Assembly: GCF_937981295.1 (NCBI RefSeq)
Contig: NZ_CALJPC010000095.1
Coordinates: 10,478-74,477, forward strand
DNA: 64,000 nt
Source of the DNA: an uncultured Campylobacter sp.
Lineage (GTDB): Bacteria; Campylobacterota; Campylobacteria; Campylobacterales; Campylobacteraceae
Reading direction: 5' to 3'
The notes under the pieces were generated by a model. That model was given only the letters and a program-made list of their open reading frames with translations. It was not told the origin of the DNA and did not search any database. Both the position numbers and the translations under genes were made by a program. Positions 21,168 to 30,696 of this stretch are shown one piece after another; the stretch's first letter is position 1; the number at the start of each line of letters is the position of its first letter.

Positions 21168-22499
21168 ATGAATGATCTAAAATTTTTTTACGAAAATCCG
21201 CCGGAATTTGCGGGCTTTATCCCGCGCAAAAGAGGTATCGGCTCTGCCAAAACCATAATCTACGGCGTGCTAAATTCCGGCAAAAGCGCCGTGCTGAAAA
21301 ATGAAATTTCAGAGCTTAAAAAAGATGAAATTTTGTATCTAAATTTAGCCGATCTGCGCCTTGAGGATATGGTAGCGGGTGGCACGATCGTTGCGGCCAA
21401 AAATAGCGCGGACAATACAAACGGCAGCGAAGTAAATGAGAATGAAATAAGTAGAGAGACTACGCTCGATGCAGATATTTCGGATATAGATGAATTTTAC
21501 TGCGCCGCCATAAAAAATACAGATACAAAAAATGAAAGCGCAAACAGCTTAAACAACGCAAAAAATGCGGAGTCAGGTGGCATAAAAAACAGGAGCGAGA
21601 ATTTCTTTCGCGAGATCAAGAAGTTTTTGGCGGTCAACGAGCAAATTTCATCGCTTTTTTTAGATAATTTTAGTAGCGCCGATTTTGAAATTTCATCGCT
21701 CCAAAGCTTCGCCGAGGGGCTAAATTTAAAGCGCTTTATCATCTCTACTCGCGATAGAGAGTTAGTTTTGCCGGGTTTTGAGCGGCTTGAGCTTTTGCCG
21801 CTTTCGTTTGAAGAATTTATCGCCTTCGATAAGCGCCACAACGAGATAAACTCGATGATTTCGGCCTTTTTAGCCCAAGGTGGCGGCGCAAAAAATCCCT
21901 TCATAGCGCCTGCCGAAATTTTAGAATTCGAGCAGAGACTGCTTGCGGCAAACTTTAGCCGCACGGAAATTTTAATCCTCAAAGAGTGCCTAAGCTCTGT
22001 CCACGCCGCATTTAGCGCAAATAAAATTTACACCGCGCTAAAGACGCGCATCAAGATCTCCAAAGACGCCGTATACGGCACTATCGCCAAGCTTGAACGG
22101 GAAAATTTCATCAGATTTTTAAGCAAAGCGGGCGAGCCCGCGCGCGCAAAAAAATTATATTTTTCGCATTTTAATATGCGCGAAATTTTAACAAGCAAAA
22201 AGGACTTCTCGAAAAAATTTGCCAACGTCCTTTTTTGCGAGCTTTTGGGGCTAAATACGCCGATTTTTTACACAAAAGAGCTGGATTTTTACCTGCCTGC
22301 TCTAAAAATGGGGGTTCTCGTCATCCCATTCAGCGACGCAGACATCATCTTTTTAAAATTCCGCAAAATCTTAAGCGCGCTCAAGAGACTCGGTATCACG
22401 AGCTTAAAAGCTATTTCTATGGCAAACTCCGGCAGGCTCGAGATTGAGGGCATCCGCTGCGATGTCGTGCCGTTTCATGAATTCGCGCTTAGCTTCTGA
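21168..22499 (+). CDS. AAA_14-type ATP-binding protein with C-terminal wHTH/DUF4143-like region and an N/E/S-rich insertion
   Basis: Walker A GVLNSGKS, LYLNLADLR, Walker B-like LFLDN, LLPLSFEEFI, AKKLYF. Confidence 0.7.
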   Translation: MNDLKFFYENPPEFAGFIPRKRGIGSAKTIIYGVLNSGKSAVLKNEISELKKDEILYLNLADLRLEDMVAGGTIVAAKNSADNTNGSEVNENEISRETTLDADISDIDEFYCAAIKNTDTKNESANSLNNAKNAESGGIKNRSENFFREIKKFLAVNEQISSLFLDNFSSADFEISSLQSFAEGLNLKRFIISTRDRELVLPGFERLELLPLSFEEFIAFDKRHNEINSMISAFLAQGGGAKNPFIAPAEILEFEQRLLAANFSRTEILILKECLSSVHAAFSANKIYTALKTRIKISKDAVYGTIAKLERENFIRFLSKAGEPARAKKLYFSHFNMREILTSKKDFSKKFANVLFCELLGLNTPIFYTKELDFYLPALKMGVLVIPFSDADIIFLKFRKILSALKRLGITSLKAISMANSGRLEIEGIRCDVVPFHEFALSF

Positions 22500-22513
22500 T
22501 TTATTGACACTTC

Positions 22514-22545
22514 ATATCATAAAAATACAAATTTTATGATATAAT
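22514..22545 (+). promoter_or_regulatory. Extended -10 promoter overlapped by perfect 11-bp inverted repeat (candidate operator)
   Basis: ATATCATAAAA-atacaaa-TTTTATGATAT (22514-22542); TGATATAAT at 22537-22545. Confidence 0.6.
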
Positions 22546-22582
22546 TTTAGCAAACCCATATCAATTATGCAAGAGAAAGCCG

Positions 22583-22918
22583 ATGATCAAATTAAAAGAT
22601 AAACTCATTTATGAAACGCTAAAACTGGTCGAATCGCAAGGCAAAGAGGGGCTTTTGTGTCGCAATAAGCAAAGCGATGCGGAGTTTATGAGACCCGTGA
22701 ACGAATTCGCAGCTGCGAGTGGGCGCAACTACACATCGATCAAATCGACTCTTGACATAATTCATAAAAACTGGGGCTATCTGCAGCGCGAAAGTATCAA
22801 GGACACGGGGCTTGATGCGGGCAAGGCGTCGAAGATTTTCATCTACCGTCTATGCGAGTCAGGGCGAAGCTTTATCGAAAAATACGAAAAAGCGCTCGTC
22901 CAAAACACCGACAAATAG
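22583..22918 (+). CDS. Hypothetical protein, probable winged-helix DNA-binding fold
   Basis: 111 aa; helix-turn-helix-like segment then GYLQRE...IYRLCESGRSFIE resembling the MarR/PadR wing and final helix. Confidence 0.55.
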   Translation: MIKLKDKLIYETLKLVESQGKEGLLCRNKQSDAEFMRPVNEFAAASGRNYTSIKSTLDIIHKNWGYLQRESIKDTGLDAGKASKIFIYRLCESGRSFIEKYEKALVQNTDK

Positions 22919-23018
22919 CCCAAAATTAAAAATTTTAAGCGCCGATTAGATAGAATTCTTTAATTTCACGTGGAGCGACAGAATTTCATTTTTATGCGAC
23001 TCGCCTTGAAAAAAGGAG

Positions 23019-23189
23019 ATGAAAATGCTGGATTTTATAGTAAAAATGTTCGCATGGAAAGCTGAGTGGGAGGTAAAAAAGGAATATGGCAAAGAATTTG
23101 GTGATCTATCCTCCATGCGCTCAATCTTGCGCTTTATAATACTTCTTATCATACTTAGCATTTTGATTAAATTTCAATTAAGCGTATGA
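23019..23189 (+). CDS. Small membrane protein (56 aa), not in ORF track
   Basis: RBS AAAGGAG; MKMLDFIVKMFAWKAEWEVKKEYGKEFGDLSSMRSILRFIILLIILSILIKFQLSV*; true start may be ATG 23025. Confidence 0.5.
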   Translation: MKMLDFIVKMFAWKAEWEVKKEYGKEFGDLSSMRSILRFIILLIILSILIKFQLSV

Positions 23190-23332
23190 AAGATACATTT
23201 TTAGATATTGCGCTCGTTTTATTTGGCATCGTCATGCTTGTCGCGATACGACAAAAATCTTTATTAAAATTTACAATCTTCGTTGTGATTTTAGCGCTCG
23301 CCAGAGAGTTAATCATCAGGCTTTATGCCTAG
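23186..23332 (+). CDS. Small hydrophobic ORF (48 aa), or frameshifted continuation of the previous ORF
   Basis: ATGA overlap; MKDTFLDIALVLFGIVMLVAIRQKSLLKFTIFVVILALARELIIRLYA*. Confidence 0.45.
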   Translation: MKDTFLDIALVLFGIVMLVAIRQKSLLKFTIFVVILALARELIIRLYA

Positions 23333-24048
23333 TTTCGACGAAATCGACGCGGATGGAATTTAAAATTTAAACGACAAAATGACGGCGCGACGGAATTCGG
23401 CGGGCGCAAATTTTAAATTTTGCCGTAACTACACTATGCTTTTATCGTCGTTAGTAAATTCTACCGCACTTCAAGAATTGCCGCATCTATAAATCCAGCC
23501 TTTATCGTCAATGATAGATTTATCCGCGCCGAGGATTTGCGCTTGATGTCGCACTTTCTGCTATTAGTGGCGGATTTCGCTCGTGCAAATGCGACGGAAT
23601 TTCACTTGTGTGAACACGACGGATTTTTGCGGCGGCAGTAAAAATTATAAACCGAACGAGCGGGCTAGAGCGTAAATTTTATAACGCTATAATGCTTAAA
23701 TTCCGCAGAAGCCTAAATTAGCGCAATACAAGTGCAGAATTCAATCAAAAAATTTCAAACTTAGTGGTAAAATTCCGCGCACTAAAATTTTAAAATTTTA
23801 TTTCATAAAATTCCGAAATTTAGGAATTAAATTTTGCAGTGAAGCGACAAATTTTACCTCAAAATTAAAATTCTCACACAAACCATGCCCTGTAAATTTT
23901 AAAATTTCATCATTATAAAATTTTACAATTCCAATGTCGTATTGCAAATCTATTATTTTATAAAACGGAGTGAAAAGCGAAATCTTGCATAAATCGCACT
24001 CGAAAATTTCACGGATTCTCGCGCAAACCGGCTCGAAATTCCGTCTGC

Positions 24049-24927
24049 CTACTCCACGTATCCGATAAATTCGCCATCGAAAGTATGCCTAACGTCGCCG
24101 CGAAAGTAAATTTTGCCTCTATCGCCTAAGCGCAAATTTAGCGTTTCGCCACTTGCGGGTATCACGCGGATGTCGGGGGCTAGCCTCATATTTTCGACGC
24201 CTGCGATGAAGCATGCTGCCATCCCCGTACCGCATGCGAGAGTTTCGGCTTCTACGCCACGCTCAAAGGTGCGCACTTTTAAAATTTTGCTTGCGAGGCG
24301 GCTTTGAACTAACGCATAATTAACGTTAGCGTTATACTTTTCACGCAGGTCGCTAGCCAGCGCGGCGTCGAACTCATTTAAATCGCTAACAAAAGTTACT
24401 AAGTGCGGCACTCCTGTGTTATAAAAATACCACGTTAGCCCTGCCTCCTCAAAGCTTTCGCCCAGGCGCTTAGGACGAGTTAACGTTACCTCTACGTTAG
24501 CTACTAACGCGTGAGCATTAGGACGCAGATTGAAAATCTCGCCAAAGCTTACATTGCGTAGCTCGCCTCGCATGCTCTCGCTCAAATTTCCGCCGAAAAT
24601 ACCGAAAATTTCACCGCTAATTACGCCTGCGCCGCTTAGAAATTTCATACTCTGCGCGGCCAAAAAATTCTCATACGCATACATGCATACCGCTCGCGAG
24701 CCGTTGCCGCACATATCGGCGCTACTGCCGTCGCTATTATAAAATTCCCACTCAAAGTTTATCCCCTCGATACCGTTAAATTTCGGCAACACAACGATGA
24801 GCCCATCGGCGCCTACTCCATCGCGCCTATCACATAGCTCGCGCGCTAGCTTGGATCTATCCGCCTTAACTGAATCCGTAAATATTACGAAATCATTTCC
24901 GCTCGCATTATATTTTGAAATTTTCAT
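24049..24927 (-). CDS. dapF: Diaminopimelate epimerase
   Basis: SGNDF, NSDGS.ADMCGNG, TGVPH, RTFERGVEAETLACGTG. Confidence 0.96.
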   Translation of the reverse strand: MKISKYNASGNDFVIFTDSVKADRSKLARELCDRRDGVGADGLIVVLPKFNGIEGINFEWEFYNSDGSSADMCGNGSRAVCMYAYENFLAAQSMKFLSGAGVISGEIFGIFGGNLSESMRGELRNVSFGEIFNLRPNAHALVANVEVTLTRPKRLGESFEEAGLTWYFYNTGVPHLVTFVSDLNEFDAALASDLREKYNANVNYALVQSRLASKILKVRTFERGVEAETLACGTGMAACFIAGVENMRLAPDIRVIPASGETLNLRLGDRGKIYFRGDVRHTFDGEFIGYVE

Positions 24928-25105
24928 TATCTACCTCGCAAATTTTTAAAATTACTAACGCTCACTAACGCTTTATTAAAATTTTACTTATATCTAAATT
25001 TAAGCGTATCGCTTATTCCTAGGCTTTACTAAGACTCAATTTACTAACGTATCTTCTTTCGTGAGCCCATTTTGTTATGCGTTTTTCGCGCTTGATGTTA
25101 GAGTC

Positions 25106-26026
25106 TCATCTCATAATCTCTAAATGCTCGCAAGCATCAAATCTTCCGAGCTTGCAAGCCTTTTCATAAAGCTCGCGCGCCCTCTTTTTATCTTTCGCTA
25201 CGCCCCAGCCCTTTTCGTATTGATACGCCAAATTTGAACAGGCTAGCGGCTCATCGCTTTTCTCGCACGCCTCGCTAAAATACTTCGCAGCAAGCGCATG
25301 ATCCTTTTGCCCGCCGTCGCCTTTGAAATACGTAACGCCCAAATTTACGCACGAATCCACGTGTCCTTGCTCACAAGCTCTCGTAAAAAATATCCTGGCC
25401 CTGTCCACATCTTTTTTCACGCCTTCGCCAAGAACGTAGCTAAGCCCTAGGTTATGGCACGCCTCTACCTGCCCCATCTTGCAAGCCTTGATCAAAAGCT
25501 CGATCACCTTTTTCACGTCGGGATAGACGCCGAGCCCCTTTTTATAGTTGTATGCAAGGCTCGCGCACCCCTCGCTGCTGCTTTTCTTACAAGCATCGCT
25601 AAAAAGCTCATTCGCCCTCTTGCGATCCTGCGTTACCCCCTGCCCGTCGTTGTAGAGCAGCCCTAAATAGACGCAGCCCTTCTGCTCACCGAGCTTGCAC
25701 GCCCTGTCGTAATAGCGCGCGGCCTGCCTGAAGCTTCTATTTGAGTCGTATGCGTAGCCTAAATTTACGCAATCCAGCGCGTTTTCCTCGCCGCCGGCGT
25801 CGCAGTTGCGCTGCAGCTCATTTATCACGCGGCTTAGTTTTTTACAATCCATCTCGCTCCCCGCGGCGCAGCCCTTCTTTAGATCGTCAATCTCCGCCGT
25901 AGCGCTCGTCGCAAACAGCGCAGAGAGCAAAACCGCTCGCGCCGTAAATTTCAACCGCTCTTTAAGCGGCGCGCTTTTAAATTTTTGAAATTTAGCGCCC
26001 TTTTGGGCGAAGCTACCGATTCTCAT
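25106..26026 (-). CDS. Secreted Sel1-like repeat (HcpA-like, Cys-rich) protein
   Basis: Signal peptide ending ATA, repeated C.NLG..Y..G.GV..D..A...Y..AC; start at ATG 26026 after AAGGAG. Confidence 0.88.
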   Translation of the reverse strand: MRIGSFAQKGAKFQKFKSAPLKERLKFTARAVLLSALFATSATAEIDDLKKGCAAGSEMDCKKLSRVINELQRNCDAGGEENALDCVNLGYAYDSNRSFRQAARYYDRACKLGEQKGCVYLGLLYNDGQGVTQDRKRANELFSDACKKSSSEGCASLAYNYKKGLGVYPDVKKVIELLIKACKMGQVEACHNLGLSYVLGEGVKKDVDRARIFFTRACEQGHVDSCVNLGVTYFKGDGGQKDHALAAKYFSEACEKSDEPLACSNLAYQYEKGWGVAKDKKRARELYEKACKLGRFDACEHLEIMR

Positions 26027-26091
26027 CGCCTTCTCCTTTATTTTCAACTCATCTTAATTCGCGTAGAAATTTTACGCAACCGCGCAAAGGG

Positions 26092-26766
26092 CTAAATTTT
26101 ATCTTTTAGCTCTTTTAAAAATCTCTCCACCGCGGCCTTAAGCGCGGCAAGATCACCGCTATTATCTATCACAAAATCCGCCATGGCGCGCTTTTGCTCG
26201 ATATCCGTTTGCAGTTCCACGCGATGTTTTGCAGCGGCATGATCTAGCCCGTTTCGCTTCATCACGCGCGCGATTAGCGTATCTTTAGGCGCATAAACGA
26301 CCGCTACTTTATCAAAAAACTCATACCTCTTGCCTTCGAAAAACAGCGGAATATCGACGAAATAAAGCCTTCCTTTCGCCTCTAAAGCCTGCGCCCGCGA
26401 TAAAATTTCAGCCGTTATCTTTGGGTGCAGCAGCGCTTCTAGCTTTGCAAGCTCAACGGGGTTTTTAAACACCAGCTCGCCTAGCTTTTTTCGGTCCACC
26501 GAGGCGCAGATGGCAGACGAAATTTCCTCGTTCGATCTAGCGTTAAATTCCGCTTGCGGGTTCAAATTTGCAGCCTGTACGTCTTTTTGCACGACGTATT
26601 GCGCTCCGAAAATTTCAGCTACCTGCGCGGCACAGCGATCCAAAATGTCATGCGAAATCTTATCAGCGTCGATGATCTCAAATCCGCGATCACGAAGCAG
26701 CTCGCAAACCGCGCTCTTGCCGCTACCGATGCTGCCCGTGATGACGACGGCGTGTTTAAATTTCAA
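26092..26766 (-). CDS. coaE: Dephospho-CoA kinase
   Basis: ITGSIGSGKS, IIDADKI, DRKKLGELVF, DIPLFFE, ADFVIDN. Confidence 0.95.
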   Translation of the reverse strand: MKFKHAVVITGSIGSGKSAVCELLRDRGFEIIDADKISHDILDRCAAQVAEIFGAQYVVQKDVQAANLNPQAEFNARSNEEISSAICASVDRKKLGELVFKNPVELAKLEALLHPKITAEILSRAQALEAKGRLYFVDIPLFFEGKRYEFFDKVAVVYAPKDTLIARVMKRNGLDHAAAKHRVELQTDIEQKRAMADFVIDNSGDLAALKAAVERFLKELKDKI

Positions 26767-26839
26767 GGTGAGCCTTTATAGCGTTTTTATTCGATTTTAG
26801 CTAAAATCTGCGAAATTATACCATCTTGGAGGATAAAAT

Positions 26840-27823
26840 TTGATAAGCTACAAAGACGCTGGCGTCGATATAGACGCGGGAAATGAGTTCGTAAACGCGA
26901 TAAAACCGTTCGTCAAAGCTACGCAAACTCCGCACGTTTTGGGCGGTATCGGCTCGTTTAGCGGCGCGGTGAGGCTACCCGCAGGCTACAAAAAGCCCGC
27001 GATCCTAGGCGCCACCGACGGCGTGGGCACAAAGCTGCGACTCGCGATCGACGCGCGTAAATTTGACGGCGTCGGCCAAGATCTCGTCGCGATGTGCGTG
27101 AACGACCTCATCTGTAACTTCGCCGAGCCGCTATTTTTCCTTGACTATTACGCGACGGCAAAGCTCGAGATCAGCGATGCCAAAGAGGTCGTAAAAAGTA
27201 TCGCCGAGGGCTGCAAACTCGCCCGCTGCGCGCTAATCGGCGGCGAAACGGCGGAGATGCCCTCAATGTATGAAAAGGGCGATTTCGACCTTGCAGGCTT
27301 TGCCGTGGGTATCGCCGAAGAGGACGAGATCGACCGCAGCAAGTTCGTACGTGAGGGCGACGTGCTCATCGCGCTTCCTAGCAGCGGCCTGCACTCAAAC
27401 GGCTTTTCGCTCGCGCGAAAAGTGATCGCCGAGCTGGGGCTAAAATTTGACGACAAAGTGGACGGCCGCGCGCTCATCGACGTGCTTTTGGAGCCGACCA
27501 GGATTTACGTCGCCGACTTTTTAAATTTAAAAGACAAGATCAACGCGCTCGCGCATATCACGGGCGGCGGCATAGTGGAAAACCTACCGCGCGTATTTCC
27601 ACGGGGGCTGGGTGCGAAGATCGAGCATACAGCAATCCGCACGCCTGAGATCTTTAAAATCATCGCGCAAAAAGTGGAGCCTGCCGAGATGATGAGGACG
27701 TTTAACATGGGCGTTGGCATGATCGTCATTGCTCCGAAAGAAAACGCGGACTTTGTGCTGTCAAACACCGATGGCTACGTTATCGGCGAGGTCGTAAAAG
27801 GCAGGGGCGTGCAGCTCGTGTAA
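26840..27823 (+). CDS. purM: Phosphoribosylformylglycinamidine cyclo-ligase
   Basis: SYKDAGVDI, TDGVGTKL, GGETAEMP, SSGLHSNG, HITGGG. Confidence 0.98.
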   Translation: MISYKDAGVDIDAGNEFVNAIKPFVKATQTPHVLGGIGSFSGAVRLPAGYKKPAILGATDGVGTKLRLAIDARKFDGVGQDLVAMCVNDLICNFAEPLFFLDYYATAKLEISDAKEVVKSIAEGCKLARCALIGGETAEMPSMYEKGDFDLAGFAVGIAEEDEIDRSKFVREGDVLIALPSSGLHSNGFSLARKVIAELGLKFDDKVDGRALIDVLLEPTRIYVADFLNLKDKINALAHITGGGIVENLPRVFPRGLGAKIEHTAIRTPEIFKIIAQKVEPAEMMRTFNMGVGMIVIAPKENADFVLSNTDGYVIGEVVKGRGVQLV

Positions 27824-27829
27824 ATTTTG

Positions 27830-27853
27830 AAGCGGTAAAATTTGCCGCTTTTT
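27830..27853 (+). terminator. Intrinsic terminator after purM
   Basis: AAGCGGTA-aaatt-TGCCGCTT followed by TTT. Confidence 0.6.
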
Positions 27854-27868
27854 GTCAAAGCAGAGTTT

Positions 27869-28226
27869 ATGTTTAGACTAAATTTTAAAGCAGGTATCGT
27901 GACCGCTTCTAAAAACAGCGCCGATAATTATTATATGATAGGCCTTGCGGACGATAAGTACGACTATAAAAACTATCTGCTTTTCCAAAGACCGATCAAG
28001 CTCGGACGGTACGAGGACGCAGACGCACCGCATAACGGCTCATATGCCAAGTGTAGGCGACGTGTGCTATAACGGCTGCAAGGCTGTGAAAATCACTGGC
28101 GAGCTTATCGTTTTTGAAGTCCAAGATAGCGTCATCGCCGTGGATATTCGCGGCATCAAAATTCCCAAACGCTTCATTCAGTATTGTAAAGAAATTTTCG
28201 GCGATCTGCTTAGCATCGAGGGATAA
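27869..28226 (+). pseudogene. Frameshifted Imm10-like immunity protein
   Basis: MFRLNFKA..YYMIGLADDKYDYKNYLLFQR..NGSYAKC continues as GDVCYNGCKAVKI..IFGDLL in another frame; break near 28055; family call from motif memory. Confidence 0.55.
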
Positions 28227-28635
28227 ATTTAAATACGCAGCGGCACGCAAAAGCAAATTTCGCAATCACAAATATAAAACCGAGATTAAAAATTTAACGA
28301 ACGAATTTTTAGATAGCGCAGGATAAGAGCGTTTAAGCAAAGCCATTAAACGCGATGAAACTTCGCGCCGGAGTAAAATTATTGCGAGATTTGCGCATCA
28401 AATTCGGTGCAAGTATTATGTGGCAAAATTTACCCTAACAAACATAGCTAAATTTCACGCTCGATCCGTAGTCGTCTAAGCTTTAATTTAGATGCGCCGT
28501 TTATCGCCTCTGCCCTCTTACAGCGAGCCTCGCGGACTTAAGGGATACAAGGCGATCATCTCGCTATCCGCGCAGCCGATTATTTTTTAGAAAGGCTAAT
28601 CGCTAGCGCACCCACACTGCCGCCTGCTTTTTCGG

Positions 28636-28658
28636 AAAAGGGCGATCGCTCGCCCTTT
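28636..28658 (-). terminator. Intrinsic terminator of alcohol dehydrogenase gene
   Basis: AAAGGGCGA-tcgc-TCGCCCTTT. Confidence 0.6.
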
Positions 28659-28688
28659 CTGTTTAAATTTTATCTATGCGCTCGCGGC

Positions 28689-29834
28689 TTATTTTGCAAA
28701 ATCTAAAATTTTAGCGATATTTTCGCGGCTGTAGAGCTCCGCCATATTCCAAGCTTTGGCGTTTGTCGCGGCTACGTCTATAACCTCGTCCAGGATCTTG
28801 CCTTCGATACCGAGCTGTGCCAGGCTAGTCGGCGTGCCGATCTTATCAAACCACGCCTTAAGCGCCAGGGTTCCTTCATTCGCGCTTTTAAGGCCGAAAA
28901 TTTCACGAGCAAAACGCTCAAATGCGCTTAAATTCCTATCCTTATACCACCTCATCCACGCAGGCATTACCACGCTAAGACCGGCTCCGTGCGCGCAGTC
29001 CACGACCGCGCTCATCGCATGCTCGATCATATGATTCGGATAGCCGAAGCCGCCCACGCCCACGTAAGTTAGTCCGTTTAGCGCCATCGTCGCGGCCCAC
29101 GCAAACTCGGCGCGCGCGTCGTAATCGCTCGGATCTGCGAGTAGGATTTCAGTCGTGCGGATGACGGTTTTGATATTGGCTTCGATATAGGCTCGTACGA
29201 TGTCCGGATGGACGCTAGCGGTAAAATACCCCTCGATGCTGTGCGCGATGATATCGCTCGCGCTATATACGAGATACTCGCGGCTGACGGTTGCTTGCAG
29301 CTGCGGGTTTATGACCGAGACCTTCGGGTATAGACACGGCGCGCTGATCGCGTATTTTTGTTTGGTCTGCTCCTTGGTCACCACGCCGCCGCAGTTCATC
29401 TCCGAGCCCGTCGCGGCGAGGGTGATGATATCAAAAATTTTAAGCGCGGCGCTAGGATTTTTGCCGGTGAAAAAATCCCACACGTCGCCCTCGTAGCAGG
29501 CGCCCGCGGCTACGGCTTTCGCCGAGTCCAGCACGCTTCCGCCGCCCACAGCAAACACGCTATCGGCGCCAAATTCTTTAGCAAGCTTGATCGCTTCATT
29601 TACTTTGCTTAACACCGGATTTGATTTTATGCCGCCAAGCTGGGTAAATTCTATACCATTTGCCTTTAAGCTACCCTCCACGACGCCCATCAGACCGCTC
29701 TTTCGTACGCGCTCGCTGCCGTATAGTACGAGAGTTTTTTTCGCGCCCGCTTCCTTCATATACTGCCCGATATGTTTTTCTTTATCCTTGCCGAATTCTA
29801 TCCTCACGGGGTTGCAAAAACTAAAATCTCTCAT
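28689..29834 (-). CDS. Iron-containing alcohol dehydrogenase (butanol dehydrogenase/YqhD-like)
   Basis: NPVRIEFGK, AVGGGSVLDSAK, TLAATGSE, HMIEH, HGAGL; start ATG 29834 after AAGGAG. Confidence 0.93.
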   Translation of the reverse strand: MRDFSFCNPVRIEFGKDKEKHIGQYMKEAGAKKTLVLYGSERVRKSGLMGVVEGSLKANGIEFTQLGGIKSNPVLSKVNEAIKLAKEFGADSVFAVGGGSVLDSAKAVAAGACYEGDVWDFFTGKNPSAALKIFDIITLAATGSEMNCGGVVTKEQTKQKYAISAPCLYPKVSVINPQLQATVSREYLVYSASDIIAHSIEGYFTASVHPDIVRAYIEANIKTVIRTTEILLADPSDYDARAEFAWAATMALNGLTYVGVGGFGYPNHMIEHAMSAVVDCAHGAGLSVVMPAWMRWYKDRNLSAFERFAREIFGLKSANEGTLALKAWFDKIGTPTSLAQLGIEGKILDEVIDVAATNAKAWNMAELYSRENIAKILDFAK

Positions 29835-30009
29835 CTTTTCTCCTTTAAATAAAGTTGCTAAATTATAGCCTTTTTTAAAATTTTGTGGTAGCACGATAGT
29901 CCAAATTCCTTGCCTAATCGTGCAAATGTAAATATAGCCCGAGTAAATTTGAAGGACTTAGTAAGCGTCGCCGCTAAACTTATACTAGCTCATGTTTCGC
30001 ATAAAATAT

Positions 30010-30094
30010 GTACTATTTACAAATAATATAAAAAGCTCTTGACATTTTCTAACTTACTTGATATATTTCTCTTAGTATTATTTACAAGTAATAC
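30010..30094 (+). promoter_or_regulatory. hsd operon promoter flanked by two palindromic 20-mers
   Basis: TTGACA (30039-30044)-N17-TATATT (30062-30067) with extended TG; GTACTATTTACAAATAATAT (30010-30029) and GTATTATTTACAAGTAATAC (30075-30094). Confidence 0.65.
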
Positions 30095-30110
30095 ATAAAA
30101 GGACTTTGTG

Positions 30111-30695
30111 ATGGTAAAATTAAACGATATAGCCGAGATAAAAACAGGCTTAGTGTTAAGTAGAAAAAAGGCTGAGGCGCATAGTCCGTCCGAGCACTCG
30201 TATAAAATCGTCTCGCTAAAGTCGTTTGCAGAAGATGCCATTTACGACGACGCTTTTGCGGACGAATTTATATCTAGCGAGCAAATAAACGAGGAGTATA
30301 AAGTAAGTCATGGCGATATCTTGCTGCGGCTTAGAGAGCCGAATTTCGCCGTTTATATAGACAAGGGCTATGACGATCTTATTTACTCATCTTTAATGGT
30401 TCGCATAAGGGTTAAAAGCGGTAAATTTGATCCGCATTTTGTGGCGCATTATCTAAATAGCAGCGTTGTTAAAAGAGCCCTTGCGCCAGACATTTCAGGC
30501 ACCGCCATAGCGATGATAAGCGTTGCTAGTATAAATAATTTAAAAATACCGCTTGTAAACTTGCAAACTCAAAACAAGATAGTAAAATACCTAAATTTGG
30601 TCCGCCAAGAGAGCGAAATTTTACAAAATTTAGCAGCTCAAAAGCAAAAATACCACAAAAGCATATTTGAAAATTTAATAAAAGAGGAGAATTAA
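30111..30695 (+). CDS. Half-size type I specificity subunit (single TRD plus coiled coil)
   Basis: VKLNDIAEIKTG, GDILLR, FVAHYLNS, INNLKIPL.NLQTQNKIV; about 194 aa. Confidence 0.8.
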   Translation: MVKLNDIAEIKTGLVLSRKKAEAHSPSEHSYKIVSLKSFAEDAIYDDAFADEFISSEQINEEYKVSHGDILLRLREPNFAVYIDKGYDDLIYSSLMVRIRVKSGKFDPHFVAHYLNSSVVKRALAPDISGTAIAMISVASINNLKIPLVNLQTQNKIVKYLNLVRQESEILQNLAAQKQKYHKSIFENLIKEEN

Positions 30696-30696
30696 G

